DNA of 64,000 nucleotides from an uncultured delta proteobacterium (GTDB taxonomy: Bacteria; Desulfobacterota; Binatia; UBA9968), in contig CAWFJP010000003.1 in NCBI GenBank assembly GCA_963816145.1, positions 839,848 through 903,847 on the forward strand. The letters are read 5' to 3'. Positions 37,892 through 49,657 of this stretch are shown one piece after another (the first letter of the stretch is position 1; the number at the start of each line of letters is the position of its first letter). The position numbers were made by a program, and so were the translations under genes. Under the pieces are notes generated by a model that had not been told where the DNA came from, did not search any database, and was given only the letters and a program-made list of their open reading frames with translations.

Positions 37892-39508
37892 CTAATATCG
37901 CTTTAATTTCCGACGCATCTCATTGACGGGAATCTTAGAAATGGCCACGCGATAGCCATACCCGATTAGACGGTTGCAAGCTGCCCGCAAATTCAAACGC
38001 GAAAAGAACGGTATCGTTAACGCTGTAGCTTTAGTGTCACTGACAATCGCGAAAACCACCTGATATTCGTCGCGGTCAGGGACTTTTCGTGGATCGAGTA
38101 TTTTGTGCGTGTCTGGCAAGGTTTCATTCACTATTCGACGAAAGGCTGCCTGTGTATGAAACAACTCACCCGACACCGCGCCCTGCGCAAAGAAATGACT
38201 AAACACTTTTGATTGTCCGTACCGTTTTACATGAATAATATCCTTGCTATTTGTATAGACGTCGCAGAATTCGATCCCGCTACGCGGACCACCGTAACGT
38301 ATGAGCCGTTTATCCATAAGAGCTAAAGTTTGGGGATTCTCGCTACAGACACGCTCGTTATAGCTTCCCTCCGAGCTGTCATCGTAGTGAGGTAGATTGA
38401 CCGAGTAACGCGGCAATTGAGCAAAGTATTTATTGACGTCATCGACAAAATTTCGGTCAACACGGTACCACTTACCGCTGCTAAGCAGATACATTTGACC
38501 ATCGTGATCAATTTCACAGTACAGACAGTTATATAATGACCATTTACGTATAATCTGTTCATCATCTCCTATGCACCGCACGCTTCGATTCTTAAAGACA
38601 GTAAGATTAATTTTCGATACGCTTCCCGAGAGGTCTTTGAATTCGTCGATAAAATCAGGAAGGTGCAAGTCGTGATATTTGGCGTTTTTTGCCATGAGGC
38701 CAAACCTGAATCCATCGACCTCCGACCAGTCGATTATGTCGGGGACGGCAAACCAACAACGATCGAGTTTTTCCGAACGTATATCTTCAACCATTTTATT
38801 GTTTAATACGTCTTGGAGTGAACTTCCCTTGATTTCAGAAATGTGATCAACCCAAGGAAATGTCTTCTTATAATAACTTGCGCCAGACTGGTCGAGGTGT
38901 TTCTTTAGCAGAGCAGGCAAGTCCTCAAGCGTAATCCGTACGGAAGATCTTAGTGCGTCCATGCCCGTTAAGCGGTCTCCGAGTGATCTGTCATTCGGGG
39001 TTCCAGTTACTGCACGGACAAGATCTTGTTCAACGTCGAAGCCAAATTCCTGTGGAGACGCCTCTTTACTCGATTGCACTCTCGAATGTGTCGTGAGCGC
39101 ATCGAACGTACTTTTGTCTATTGTTTTAATCTGGTCCTGGTCGATCGAGTTTAGTACGGCGAGCAAACCGTAACGCTCTTCCCAAGAATCCTGGTCGAGA
39201 ATGAATCGACCGCTTTGACCAAACGTAACCGCAAAAATCCGTTTGTCGACAGGTACGAATAATACGGCTCCCGCAGCATGATTTTCGCCGAGAAACTCCG
39301 CGTTAACATGATCTTCAAGGAATACACCCCATCTTGGCGGATGAGGGGACATCCGGCGAACATATAGCTCGCACTTACACCCGTTCCGCAGTGTCAAATT
39401 TTTATGTTTCAAGTACTTGCGATTGGAATGAATCGGAAGGGGTGTGCCGCGTTCTTCTTTGATTAAGTAAGCCGTAATCGTGATTTGTCGTGGTGGACCG
39501 GGAGGCAT
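37892..39508 (-). CDS. DUF6119 / TIGR04141 sporadically distributed protein
   Basis: AYLIK, FAVTFG, LVRAVTG, FPWVDHI, GKWYRV, IEFCD, IHVK, SHFFAQG, IPFFSR. Confidence 0.75.
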   Translation of the reverse strand: MPPGPPRQITITAYLIKEERGTPLPIHSNRKYLKHKNLTLRNGCKCELYVRRMSPHPPRWGVFLEDHVNAEFLGENHAAGAVLFVPVDKRIFAVTFGQSGRFILDQDSWEERYGLLAVLNSIDQDQIKTIDKSTFDALTTHSRVQSSKEASPQEFGFDVEQDLVRAVTGTPNDRSLGDRLTGMDALRSSVRITLEDLPALLKKHLDQSGASYYKKTFPWVDHISEIKGSSLQDVLNNKMVEDIRSEKLDRCWFAVPDIIDWSEVDGFRFGLMAKNAKYHDLHLPDFIDEFKDLSGSVSKINLTVFKNRSVRCIGDDEQIIRKWSLYNCLYCEIDHDGQMYLLSSGKWYRVDRNFVDDVNKYFAQLPRYSVNLPHYDDSSEGSYNERVCSENPQTLALMDKRLIRYGGPRSGIEFCDVYTNSKDIIHVKRYGQSKVFSHFFAQGAVSGELFHTQAAFRRIVNETLPDTHKILDPRKVPDRDEYQVVFAIVSDTKATALTIPFFSRLNLRAACNRLIGYGYRVAISKIPVNEMRRKLKRY

Positions 39509-39528
39509 GAAGACTAACCGCTTGTCTG

Positions 39529-42514
39529 TTAGTAGTACTGCCGAATATACCCGTAGGCCTTGTCGAACAGCTCCTGGTCCGTGTGCAGTTTGTATTTGAG
39601 AAGTGTTCGGCGCAGTTCCTTCTGCACTAAACGCTCGCCCTGCGTGGTGTGCTGCCAGTCGGGAAAGCGGACCTTCTTCACGATGTCGTCGATGTCCGCG
39701 ACGATGCGCTCGACGATGATGTGCGTGTTTGTGTTTTTGGCTTCGTTAAAGAGTTCGGTCAGCGCTTCCTTCGCCCGGTCCCGCTCTTCGACGGGATTGA
39801 CGTCTTTCTCAGCCTCAACAACTTCCTTCGCCAGTTCGAGCATCTGTTTCAGGAACTCCAAGCTCGTCAGAAATCCTTGCTCGTGACGCTCTTTGATTCT
39901 CTCCAAGCGTTCGCCCAGGGCGGTGAACTTTGGATTGCCGAGATGTTTCCGCAGGCGGGCGATCAGTTTGATTTCGATTTCTTTGCCGCGCTTCGCCGGG
40001 ATCAATCTCCTTTAGGAAGTCTTCGAGCACCTGCGCGTCGAGCACGAGGGTTTCGATGTCGTCGCGAATGGACTCGACATGGACATTCTCGTTGATCAGT
40101 TCGATCGTTTTCGCGCCCAGCGCGTGCCAGAGCAGCTTGCCGTTGCCGCTCGGCGGTTTGACCGATTCATACACTTGGGTCAGCCAGCGATAGTCGGTCT
40201 CGGTAGCGGACTCAGGCACGGGTCGGGTGACAGCGCCTCCCAGATGTGTCCGAGCACGGAATACTCCGCCGCGAACTTATCCCGCACTTCGTTGTTCGGC
40301 AGGCATTGCTGCGCCGCCATCAGACCTTCGTAGCCGCCCACGGTTCGATCGACGCCAGGGAAGAACGCCAGACATGTCTGCATCTTCACCGGCAATATCT
40401 TGCGCAGCTCATCGATATTGGAGACCACCATGCTGCACCGACTTTCTCGTCAAAGTCCAGCGCCTGCGCCACGTCGTCGAAGATGCCGATGTAGTCCACG
40501 ATCAGACCGTGGGTCTTCTCCTGGCCGATAGGTGCGGTTGGTGCGGCAGATGGCCTGGAGCAGGTTGTGATCGCGCATCGGCTTGTCCAGATACATCGCC
40601 TGCAAGATCGGCGCGTCGAAGCCGGTCAGCAGCTTCGCCGTGACGATCACGAACTTTAGCGGGTCGGCCGGGTCGCGGAAACGGTCGAGCAGCTTCTCTT
40701 CGGCGTCCTTGTCGCGGCTGTGAGCTTTCCACTCGGCTGGATCGCCCGGAGCGGTCGACATGACGATGGCGCTGGCTTCCGGGCCCGATCAGTTCGTCCA
40801 TCACCGCTTTGTAGAGCACGCAGCATTCGCGGTCGAACGTCACCACCTGGGCCTTGAAGCCGTTCGGCTCTACCTTCGTCTGGAAGTGCTTGACGATGTG
40901 CTTCACGACGGCCCGGACGCGCTCGGGGTTCTTCACCAGCACGGCCATCTTGGCGGCGCGCTTGGCGAGGTCGTCGCGGTCCTGCTCGCTCAAGTTGCCG
41001 GTGATTTGCCTGTAGGCTTCGTCGATGGCCGCCTTGTCGATCTTCAGCTTCACTTCCGGCGCTTCGAAGTGCAGCGGCAGCGTCGCCTTGTCGCGGATGG
41101 ATTCCTGGAACGAGTAGCGGCTCATGTAGCCCTTCTCGTCCTCGTCCGCGCCGAAGGCCCAGAAGGTATTGTTGTCGGCGCGGTTGATCGGCGTGCCGGT
41201 GAGGCCGAAGAGAAACGCATTCGGCAACGCCTCGCGCATCTTGCGGCCGAGGTCGCCTTCCTGCGTGCGATGCGCTTCGTCCACCATCACGATGATGTTC
41301 GAGCGCTCGTTCAGCCTGCCGTCCGCCTCGCCGAACTTGTGGATGGTGGTGATGAGCACCTTGCGCACGTCCTGCGCCAGCAACGTCTGCAACTCCTGCC
41401 GCGTCGCCACGCCGACCATGTTCGGCACGTCGGCGGCGTTGAAGGTGGCGGTGATCTGCGTGTCGAGGTCGATGCGGTCCACCACGATCATCACCGTCGG
41501 GTTGCCGAGCTTCGGGTGCATCCGCAGCTTCTGCGCGGCGAAGACCATCAGCAGCGACTTGCCGCTGCCCTGAAAATGCCAGATGAGCCCCTTCTTCGGG
41601 TAGCCCTTCACCACGCGCTCGACGATCTGGTTCGTGGTGAAATACTGCTGGTAACGGCAGATGATCTTGATGCGGCGGTGCTTCTTGTCCGTGGCGAAGA
41701 GCGTGAAGTTTTGCAGGATGTCCAGCACCACCTCGGGCCGCAGCATGCTCGTGACCGACGGCTTTGACGTGGTGCAGTTGACCTTCCTCCTGGTTCTCCT
41801 CGTCGCGCCACGGACCCCACATGTCGATCGGCATCCGGATCGAGCCGTAGCGGAACAGCTTGCCCTTCGGTGGCAAAGGAGAAAACGTTCGGCACGAACA
41901 TCGCCGGCACTTGCTTCTCGTAAATCTCGTTGACCTGGAACGCGCCATCGAACCAGGTCACCGCGCTGCGCGTCGGCGTCTTGGCCTCGCCGATGACCAC
42001 CGGCAGACCGTTGACCAGGAAGACCACGTCGAACCGCTTCTCCACCGGCCCGCCTGGTACGTCCACTGGTTGGCAGACCGTGAGTCGGTTGTTCGCCGGG
42101 CTCGTCGGCGTCCACCAGCCGCACGTGCACGTGCTCGCCGTTGGGGCCGAAGGGCATCGTCTTCTCGCCGCGCAGCCAGGCCATGAAGTTCTCGTTGGCC
42201 CGCACCAGTCCGTCGGCTCTGCACGGAGAGCAGGATGGCCCGCAGCTTGTAGATCACCTCGTCGGCGCGGTCGGGCTGGGCGGCGATTTCGGGGTTGAGC
42301 CGGATCAGCGCCTCGCGCACCCACGATTCCACCATCACGTCGCTGGTCTGACGCGGAAGTCTGGGGCGGGCACGTAGTCCCAACGGTCGGACGCAACTCG
42401 CCGCGAGCGATCGACCCAGCCGGCGGATTTCGCGACGATCACGACTCAACGGCTGCGTTCGCTGACAGCATCGAGAATCATCTGCTCGACGGTGTTGGAT
42501 TCGGTGAAGCTCAT
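39529..42514 (-). CDS. hsdR: Type I restriction endonuclease subunit R (multiple frameshifts)
   Basis: [10 protein letters not shown] start; [49 protein letters not shown] spread over shifted frames. Confidence 0.85.
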
Positions 42515-43732
42515 GCAAATCGAACCTGCGTTGACAACTAGCGTCATGAATTGCCGATTGCCTACAAGCACTGTCGATATCAGATTGCTTGCGCAGTCAA
42601 TTCGTCGAAGTCGCAATCGTCCTCAATCTGCACGCTGTTTCAGATCGGTGGAGACAGGCATGGAATCCTTCCATTGACTTACGTCCGAGTTCACGATGCT
42701 GTAGATGTCGCCTGTAGCGATGTCGACGACAGCACTTTGCCGAAGTAAGCTGGATCGAAACAGCGAAGCAGAGATACTCGGTGAATCACGATCTGCATCG
42801 AGGCAGCTGAATCAGCGTAAGTATACGGAATCAGCAGTCGTGCAATCTTCGCCACGAGATGACGCGTACCGCCAACCAATCTGCGCTTCTCCATCTTCAG
42901 TATCAGCACGATCTCCGCCTTTCGCGAAGCGCGATATCGTTCTGCGATAGTCACGTTGCCGAAGTCATCTGCTGCAAGATCGAGATCTATCGATTGACAT
43001 CTCCACTTGCGATACACTCAGTATACTGTCCGTAACTTCACCAGTATCGCGTCTCTCTGCGTGCGGCGTTGAATCTGTCCATTGGCAACGTTCGCGACCT
43101 CACGCATCCGACGTGCCAGCACTGCTGGCGCTCGTCTTGTCACGGATCGAAAATGAGCGCAGTCATGCGAGCGATCAGCGATTGCGCAGTCTCGGGCTGC
43201 ATTGCTGCATTGCAAGACCATCGTCCACCGCCCAGAGGATTTCGGCGATGCGGCGCTGCTGGTCGAGCGGCGGCAGGGCGAACTCGAAGCTGGCGAGACT
43301 GCTCCAGTTGGTGCGCGGCGAGAGCGAACCGGCGGAAGTCCCGACCGCGTGCTGAAAGAACCGCTCCGAGAGGCAGAGGAACGGCAGGAGTTCCGGCAGC
43401 AGCCGGTCGCCCTTGGGCGCGAGCACGTAAATGTCGCCGGACACCACCGCGTCGAACTCCGCCACGGCCACCTTGCGCTGATAGGCGCGGCGCTTGCCGA
43501 AGAGCACCTGCCCCGGCCGGCAGCGCCGCGTGAACGTCGTGCCGTCCGCCACGTTGCCCCACGCCCGGATGTGCAGCGACCCGGGTTCAAGATGCTCCAG
43601 CCCGATGAACCGCTCCAGCCCGGCCTCGGCCGGATTGCACTCCGTCTCGTTGACATTCTCCACCACATCGCCGAACCGAACCGGTGCCGTTCCAGCCTTG
43701 TCGTTCAGAGCGGGAGTTCGCCCAACTGGCAT
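42511..43732 (-). CDS. hsdS: Type I RM specificity subunit S (3' half garbled)
   Basis: VRFGDVV, FIGLEHL, GQVLFGKRRAYQRK, LPPLDQQRRIAEIL; lies between hsdM and hsdR. Confidence 0.75.
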
Positions 43733-43745
43733 CGGTGCCGCGCAG

Positions 43746-45271
43746 TCAAGCTTTCACGTTACTGGCGCGATGCTGGCTTCCGGCAGAACGTCGTCGCAAG
43801 GCGTTCAGCGACTGTCGATCGCGAGACTTCAGCCAGCCGATTCCAACGTGCACCAGCCAAGCCTGAGGTTGCTCTTCCACTTCGACCGTGCCGTTGCTCG
43901 TCGGCGGCGCGACGTAGAGCGGAATGCTGAGGTTGCCGTCCTTGGCGCGGATTTCCTCCAGCGTGACGACGCGGGTGAAGCCCGGCTTCGTCCTTGAACT
44001 TCTCGTAGGCTGCGACGATGCGCTCGATGTGGTCGTCGGTGAGAAAGCTCTGGGCGCGCTCGCGGGTGACTTCGTTGACGGCGTTGATGAACAGGATCTT
44101 GCCCTTGCGCGCCTTGGGCTTGGCCGTCCGGCAGATGACGACGCAGGCTTCCATCGGCGAGTTGTAGAACAGGTTCGGCCCGAGGCCGAGCACGCATTCG
44201 ATGAGGTCGGCTTCGATGAGCTTGCGCCGCATCTCCGCCTCTTCCTGGCGGAAGAGCACGCCGTGCGGGAAGAGGATGGCGCAGCGGCCGGTCTTGGGCG
44301 TGAGGCTGCACAGGATGTGCTGCCAGAAGGCGTAGTCGGCGCGGCCCTGCGGCGGCGTGCCGTAGAGGTTGCGGCCCCACGGGTCGGAGGCGAAGGCGTC
44401 GCGGTCCCACTGCTTGATGGAGTAGGGCGGATTGGCCAGCACCACGTCGAAGCGCATGCAGGCGATCGCCCTGCGACGAACTTCGGCTCGGCCAGCGTGT
44501 CGCCGCGCACGATCTGGAAATCCTCGATGCCGTGCAGGAAGCAGTTCATCCGGGCGATGGAGGAGGTCATCAGGTTGCGCTCCTGCCCGTAGAGGCGGAC
44601 GTTGCGCCATTCCTTGCCTCTGTCGGCGCAGGTGCGCGATGCAGGAGAGCAGCATGCCGCCGGAGCCGCAGGTCGGGTCGTAGATGGATTCGCCCGGCTG
44701 CGGCTCCAGCATCTCGGTCATCAGATGGACGACGGTGCGGTTGGTGTAGAACTCGGCGGCGGTGTGGCCGGAGTCGTCGGCGAATTTCTTGATCAGGTAT
44801 TCGTAGCCCTGGCCCAGTTCGTCCTCGGGCAGGTTGGCGACGGTCAGTTCGAGCGAGCTGAAGTGCTCGATCAGGTCGCGCAGCATGGCGTCGGACAGGC
44901 GGTCCTTGTTGGTCCACTGCGCGTCGCCGAAGATGCCGTAGAGCTTGTCGGGGTTGGCGGTCTCGATGGCGCGCATGGCGGCCTGGAGCGCCGGCCGACG
45001 TTCTTGGCCGACCTGCCGCACCTCGCGCCAATGGGCCTCCGGCGGAATCTGGAAGCGGTGGTTCTCCGGGATAGAGCGCGAACTGCTGGTCGCCGCCGGA
45101 TTCCGCCAGCGCGGTCTGCGTCTCCTCGTCGAACACGTCGCACAGGCGCTTGTAGAACAGCAGCGGGAAGATGAACTGCTTGTAGTCGCCGGCGTCGATG
45201 GTGCCGCGCAGGAGCACGGCCGCGCCCCAGAGGTAGGATTCGAGTTGTTGTTGGGTGATGCGGGCGCTCAT
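43746..45271 (-). CDS. hsdM: Type I RM methyltransferase M2 (NPPY; putative m4C), frameshifted
   Basis: LESYLWGAA, AEFYT, YDPTCGSGGML, VVLANPPYS. Confidence 0.85.
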
Positions 45272-46778
45272 CGCAGCAGTCCCTCGCGTTTGAGGATGGC
45301 GATGAGCTTGTCCTCGGCCGCGAAGGCCGCCTGCGGCGCTGTCCTGCAGCCGCTTCATCGCCTCGTCCACGGTCAGTCGTCTCCTGCTCGACCTTCGGCT
45401 CGACGTAGCGCGGGATGTTCAGGTTGTAGTCGTTGGCGGCGATCTCGTCCAGCGTGACCACGCGGGCGACGCCTTCCACATCCTTGTAGTCGCGATACCA
45501 GCCGTAGATGCGCTCGACGTGCTCGGGCAGCAGTTCGTTCTGGGCGCGGCCAGTCTTGAACTCCTTCGAGGCGTCGAGGATGAGCACCTTATTCTTGCGG
45601 TCCTTGCGCCTTGCGCTGGCGGAAGACCAGGATGCAGGCGGCCAGGCCGGTGCCGTAGAACAGATTCGGGCCGAGGCCGATGACGGCTTCGAGCAGGTCC
45701 ATGCCGAGGATCTTCTGCCGGATCTCGCCTTCGCGCCCATGCGGAAGAGCGCGCCGTGCGGCAGCACGACGGCCATGCGCCCGGTCTTGGGCGCCATGGA
45801 CTTGATCATGTGCTGCACCCAGGCGTAGTCGCCGCTCTTGGCCGGCGGCATGCCGGCGAAGTTGCGGCCGTAGGGATCGCTGGCCCAGACCTCGTCGCCC
45901 CACTTCTCCAGCGAGAACGGCGGATTGGCGATGACGCAATCGAAGGTGGCGAGGTTGTCGCCCGGAAAGAACGCCGGATTGCGCAGCGTGTCGCCGCGCA
46001 CGACCTGGAAATCCGCCGCGCCGTGCAGGAAGAGGTTCATGCGGGCGATGGCGGAGGTGGTGAGGTTCTTTTCCTGGCCGAAGAGCTTGCCCCAGAGCGT
46101 GCGGTCGTCGCCGTGGTTCTCCTGCACGTGGTGAATGGCTTCGAGCAACATGCCGCCGGTGCCGCAGGCCGGGTCGTAGATGGACTCGCCTTCGCTGCGG
46201 ATCGAGGATGTTCACCATCAGCCGCACCACGGAGCGCGGCGTGTAGAACTCGCCGGCCTTCTTGTTGGTGGCGTCGGCGAACTTCTTGATCAGGTATTCG
46301 TAGGACTGGCCGAGGATGTCGGCCTGCGCCGCCTGGTTGCCCAGCGCGATGCGCGAGAAGTGCTCGATCAGGTCGCGCAGCAGCGCATCGGAGAGGCGGT
46401 CTTTGTTGGTCCACTGGGCGTCGCCGAAGATGCCGTAGAGCGTTTCCGGGTTCGCCTTCTCGATGCCACGCATGGCCGTCTGCAGCGCCTGGCCGACATT
46501 GGTCGTCACCGCCCGCACGTCGCCCCAGTGGCAATCTTCCGGAATCTGGAAGCGGTAGTTCTGCGGGAAACAGCGCGTATTCCTCGTCGCCACCGGACTC
46601 CGTCCAGCGCGGCCTGGTATTCCTCGTCATGCACGTCGGAGATGCGCTTGAAGAACAGCAGCGGGAAGACGTAGGTCTTGAAGTCCGCCGCATCCACCGG
46701 CCCGCGCAGGATGTTGGCGGCTTCCCACAGGTGGGATTCGAGTTGCTGCAGGGTGAATTGAGAAGTCTCGGGGACCAT
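45268..46778 (-). CDS. hsdM: Type I RM methyltransferase M1 (NPPF; putative m6A), frameshifted
   Basis: LESHLWEAA, AGEFYTP, CVIANPPFS, VLPHGALFR, YNLNIPRYV. Confidence 0.85.
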
Positions 46779-47524
46779 CTAAAATGCAGACCCTGCTGCA
46801 GCGCTAGTTATCGAATTAGGGACACGGAATAACGCAATTCCTTAACCCTGACCGGTCAAGCAAGGTCGTTCGACTTTGCTTGGCTACGCTCCGGTCAGGC
46901 GCTCCGCTCAAAACGTAAAATTGCTCGGGGATGAGTCGGCCAAAATCCTTTTCACTTTACTGGAATCGGCGGGGAGGTGGCAAGGGCACTTGCAATCTTT
47001 CGTGGGTGTCGGCGGTCTCGTTCCAATAGTTCCAGTCGTTCCACAGCTTCCAGCGGCAGCTTTTAATCGTTCAAAGATTGGAATCTCGAGATTCGGGCGG
47101 GATGACAGCCGGACTCTGAAAGAGATAAGATATCGTGATCGTGGAGAGAAAATGTAGTGATCGCTTCGCTCCGTTGTGACTCCGTTCAAAAATTGAACCG
47201 CTACAAGGCAGAGCTTACACAACAGGTCCACTGACTGAATCGCCTGTGAGGCATTACGTTTTCTAGATCTCGTGAACCTTCGTGATTAGCGGTGATGACT
47301 AGGGTCTTGGGGCCACTTCGTGTGGTGAATTATCGACCGCCGGTCGAACACGTGATAGCCTAACGGAGACTGAAAACTACACGACTATTGAGGATTTTCG
47401 AATATCAGCTTGCTCTAGAACCCCAACCACCAACCCAAACGGATTTTTCTGCGCTCTTGCAACATGCTGGCGCGTGACTCGATACTGAAAAGGTTTTCTC
47501 TCGGTTTCGTCCGGCCGACGTAGG

Positions 47525-48425
47525 TTATCCGTTCCCTGAAAAGTCTATAAACTCGTGGCATTGGAGTTGACTATTTCTCAATACAGATTCTTTTTTTTTT
47601 TTTGGTTTGGTTTTCTGAGCCGCTATATCCACCTCTTTCTTTGCTCTTTGCCACGTCTCCCGTAACTCCGGGTCGCGAAAGTCCGTCGTGCTTTTAAGCA
47701 GACCTTGAACCCTTTTTGCACTCGGGTATATCCCTTGATCGCTAAGGTCGCTGACGATGGTTTTAATTTGCTGACAAATTTCCTGTCTTCTTTGTCGTTT
47801 CCTCGCCTGCACGTATTCATAATATCGAATCGCGATAGAAGAGCATTGTGCCGGGAAGTAACGACGCAGGGCATCGTCATGGCATCCCAGCCGCATCGCG
47901 ACTTGATTTACGGACGGCGGTGGAAACTCGGCTCCCGCAGCGAATCTTTCAACGCGAGCCTTAATCTTCGCAATCCGGAGCTTTATTCGTCGAGACGACA
48001 GGTATGAGCTAGCACGCAGAGTGCTGCCAGGAACGGTCATAAGTTTCTGAGGATTTTCGAAACTTTCGTCGCCCATAAGCAGTGCCTTAAGCGATACGCC
48101 GAGGCTAAAGGAAAGGCGTAACAAAATGTCGATATTCGGCAGAGACCCCCTTCGAGCCCATGATTGGAGAACTCGCGGACTTACCTTGAGAATCTCACTT
48201 AATCGCAAATAGGAGTTACCTCCGACAAACGCCAAACAAGCCATCAGTCCAGCCAGGCCCCTTTTTCTGCTCACAGAAAAGCCCCTGGGCAAACTAGGGC
48301 GCTGTGCTGATCAACTCACCAACCGACGTTGCTACCCAGCCATGCCATTTGAGCCTTGCCAAATCCCCTTTGCAATCTTATCTTGCCGGATCGAACTCTT
48401 ACCCAAGTCAGACCGGCATTTACCG
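47525..48425 (-). pseudogene. tniQ: TniQ/TnsD-family target-selector remnant (C-terminal part)
   Basis: Shifted-frame KCRSDLG and WHGWVATSVGELI pieces, then HTH (LQSWARRGSLP), PPPSVNQVAMRLG, RRYFP, GIYPSAKRV, as recalled for long TniQ/TnsD proteins. Confidence 0.6.
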
Positions 48426-48468
48426 TGAGATTCCTGTTGAAGGAGTTCTCAAAGTCTCAGCGGGTTCA

Positions 48469-49635
48469 TTAGACTGAAGGCTGAGTGGGAATCTGATACA
48501 ATCGCGCGCAATTGTCCCAAAGAATCTTTCGTTTTGAATCGTTGTTCACCCCCTCGATCGCCAGAAACGACTCCGTAGCGCGAGGGAACAAGCTGTCGTC
48601 ATGCGGATAGTCCGTCGAAACGACGATCCGGTCGTCGCCGATCTCATCAATTACTACTTTGAGGGCGTTCTCGTCGGGATCCGTGGCGATAAAGCACTGC
48701 CGAAAAAAATATTCGCTCGGCTTTGCGGAAAGTTTTACACCACATCCCGGTCCAAACTTTTCCCATTGCTCATCGAGGTGCTCAAGCCACCATGGAAGCC
48801 ATCCGCAGGTGCTTTCGAGAATGGCAACAGTGAGTTTTGGATGTCTCTCCAACACGCCGCCCATGGACAGACTAGCGTAACCCATCATGCTTTCGAGCGG
48901 ATTGCGCACCGCGTGGGAAATCGGCCCGCTGGCGGGATGGTTCATAAAACGACGGGTGACGTCATCCCGTAGTGACGAGACCCCCGTGGGATGAAGCCCG
49001 AGCGGGACCCCTAACCGCTCAAGCTCGGTCCAGAGCGGCTCAAAAATCGGATCGTGCATGTGCTGCCCGTTGATGGGGTGAGGGCTCGCTACCACGGCAA
49101 CAGCGCCGAGCTTTTCCACGGCGCGACGAGCTTCGTCAGCGGCCGATTCCGGATCGTGAAACGCCAATTGTGCCGCAAGCTTCAGCCGGGCCGGATTGTA
49201 CTGACAATAATCGTAAGCCCAGTCGTTATAAGCGCGCGCAAGGGCCAATGCGTACATCGGATCCAATTCGTCGTGACTCAATACTTGCCGTCCTCGCGTG
49301 CTATATAAAACTCCAACATCCACGCCCTCTATATCCATGGCTTCCACATGGGTCTGAGGATCGAAGCCATTTTCAATCGCTCGAGCATAGTGTGGGCTGC
49401 GAGCGTGGGCTCTTCGTTTCAGATCGCTTCGCACCTGGACCGCTTTGAGGTCAGTATGGAGAAATGGGCTTTCTCCGGAAGGGACCGTAACTGTCTTGCT
49501 CCGTGCTGGAAAAAGCGGATTGGGTGGGAATTGAGGTGCTTTCGGCTTCCATTTCTCATCCATATACCTTTGCCACAAATCGTCCGGCTCCATCATATGA
49601 AAATCACTATCCATCACGAAATAACCGTTCTTCAT
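48469..49635 (-). CDS. Amidohydrolase family protein
   Basis: MDSDFH, LGLHP, ILESTCGWLP, STDYPH, KILWDNCARLY. Confidence 0.88.
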   Translation of the reverse strand: MKNGYFVMDSDFHMMEPDDLWQRYMDEKWKPKAPQFPPNPLFPARSKTVTVPSGESPFLHTDLKAVQVRSDLKRRAHARSPHYARAIENGFDPQTHVEAMDIEGVDVGVLYSTRGRQVLSHDELDPMYALALARAYNDWAYDYCQYNPARLKLAAQLAFHDPESAADEARRAVEKLGAVAVVASPHPINGQHMHDPIFEPLWTELERLGVPLGLHPTGVSSLRDDVTRRFMNHPASGPISHAVRNPLESMMGYASLSMGGVLERHPKLTVAILESTCGWLPWWLEHLDEQWEKFGPGCGVKLSAKPSEYFFRQCFIATDPDENALKVVIDEIGDDRIVVSTDYPHDDSLFPRATESFLAIEGVNNDSKRKILWDNCARLYQIPTQPSV

Positions 49636-49657
49636 CTTCCGACCTCCATCTATGAGT

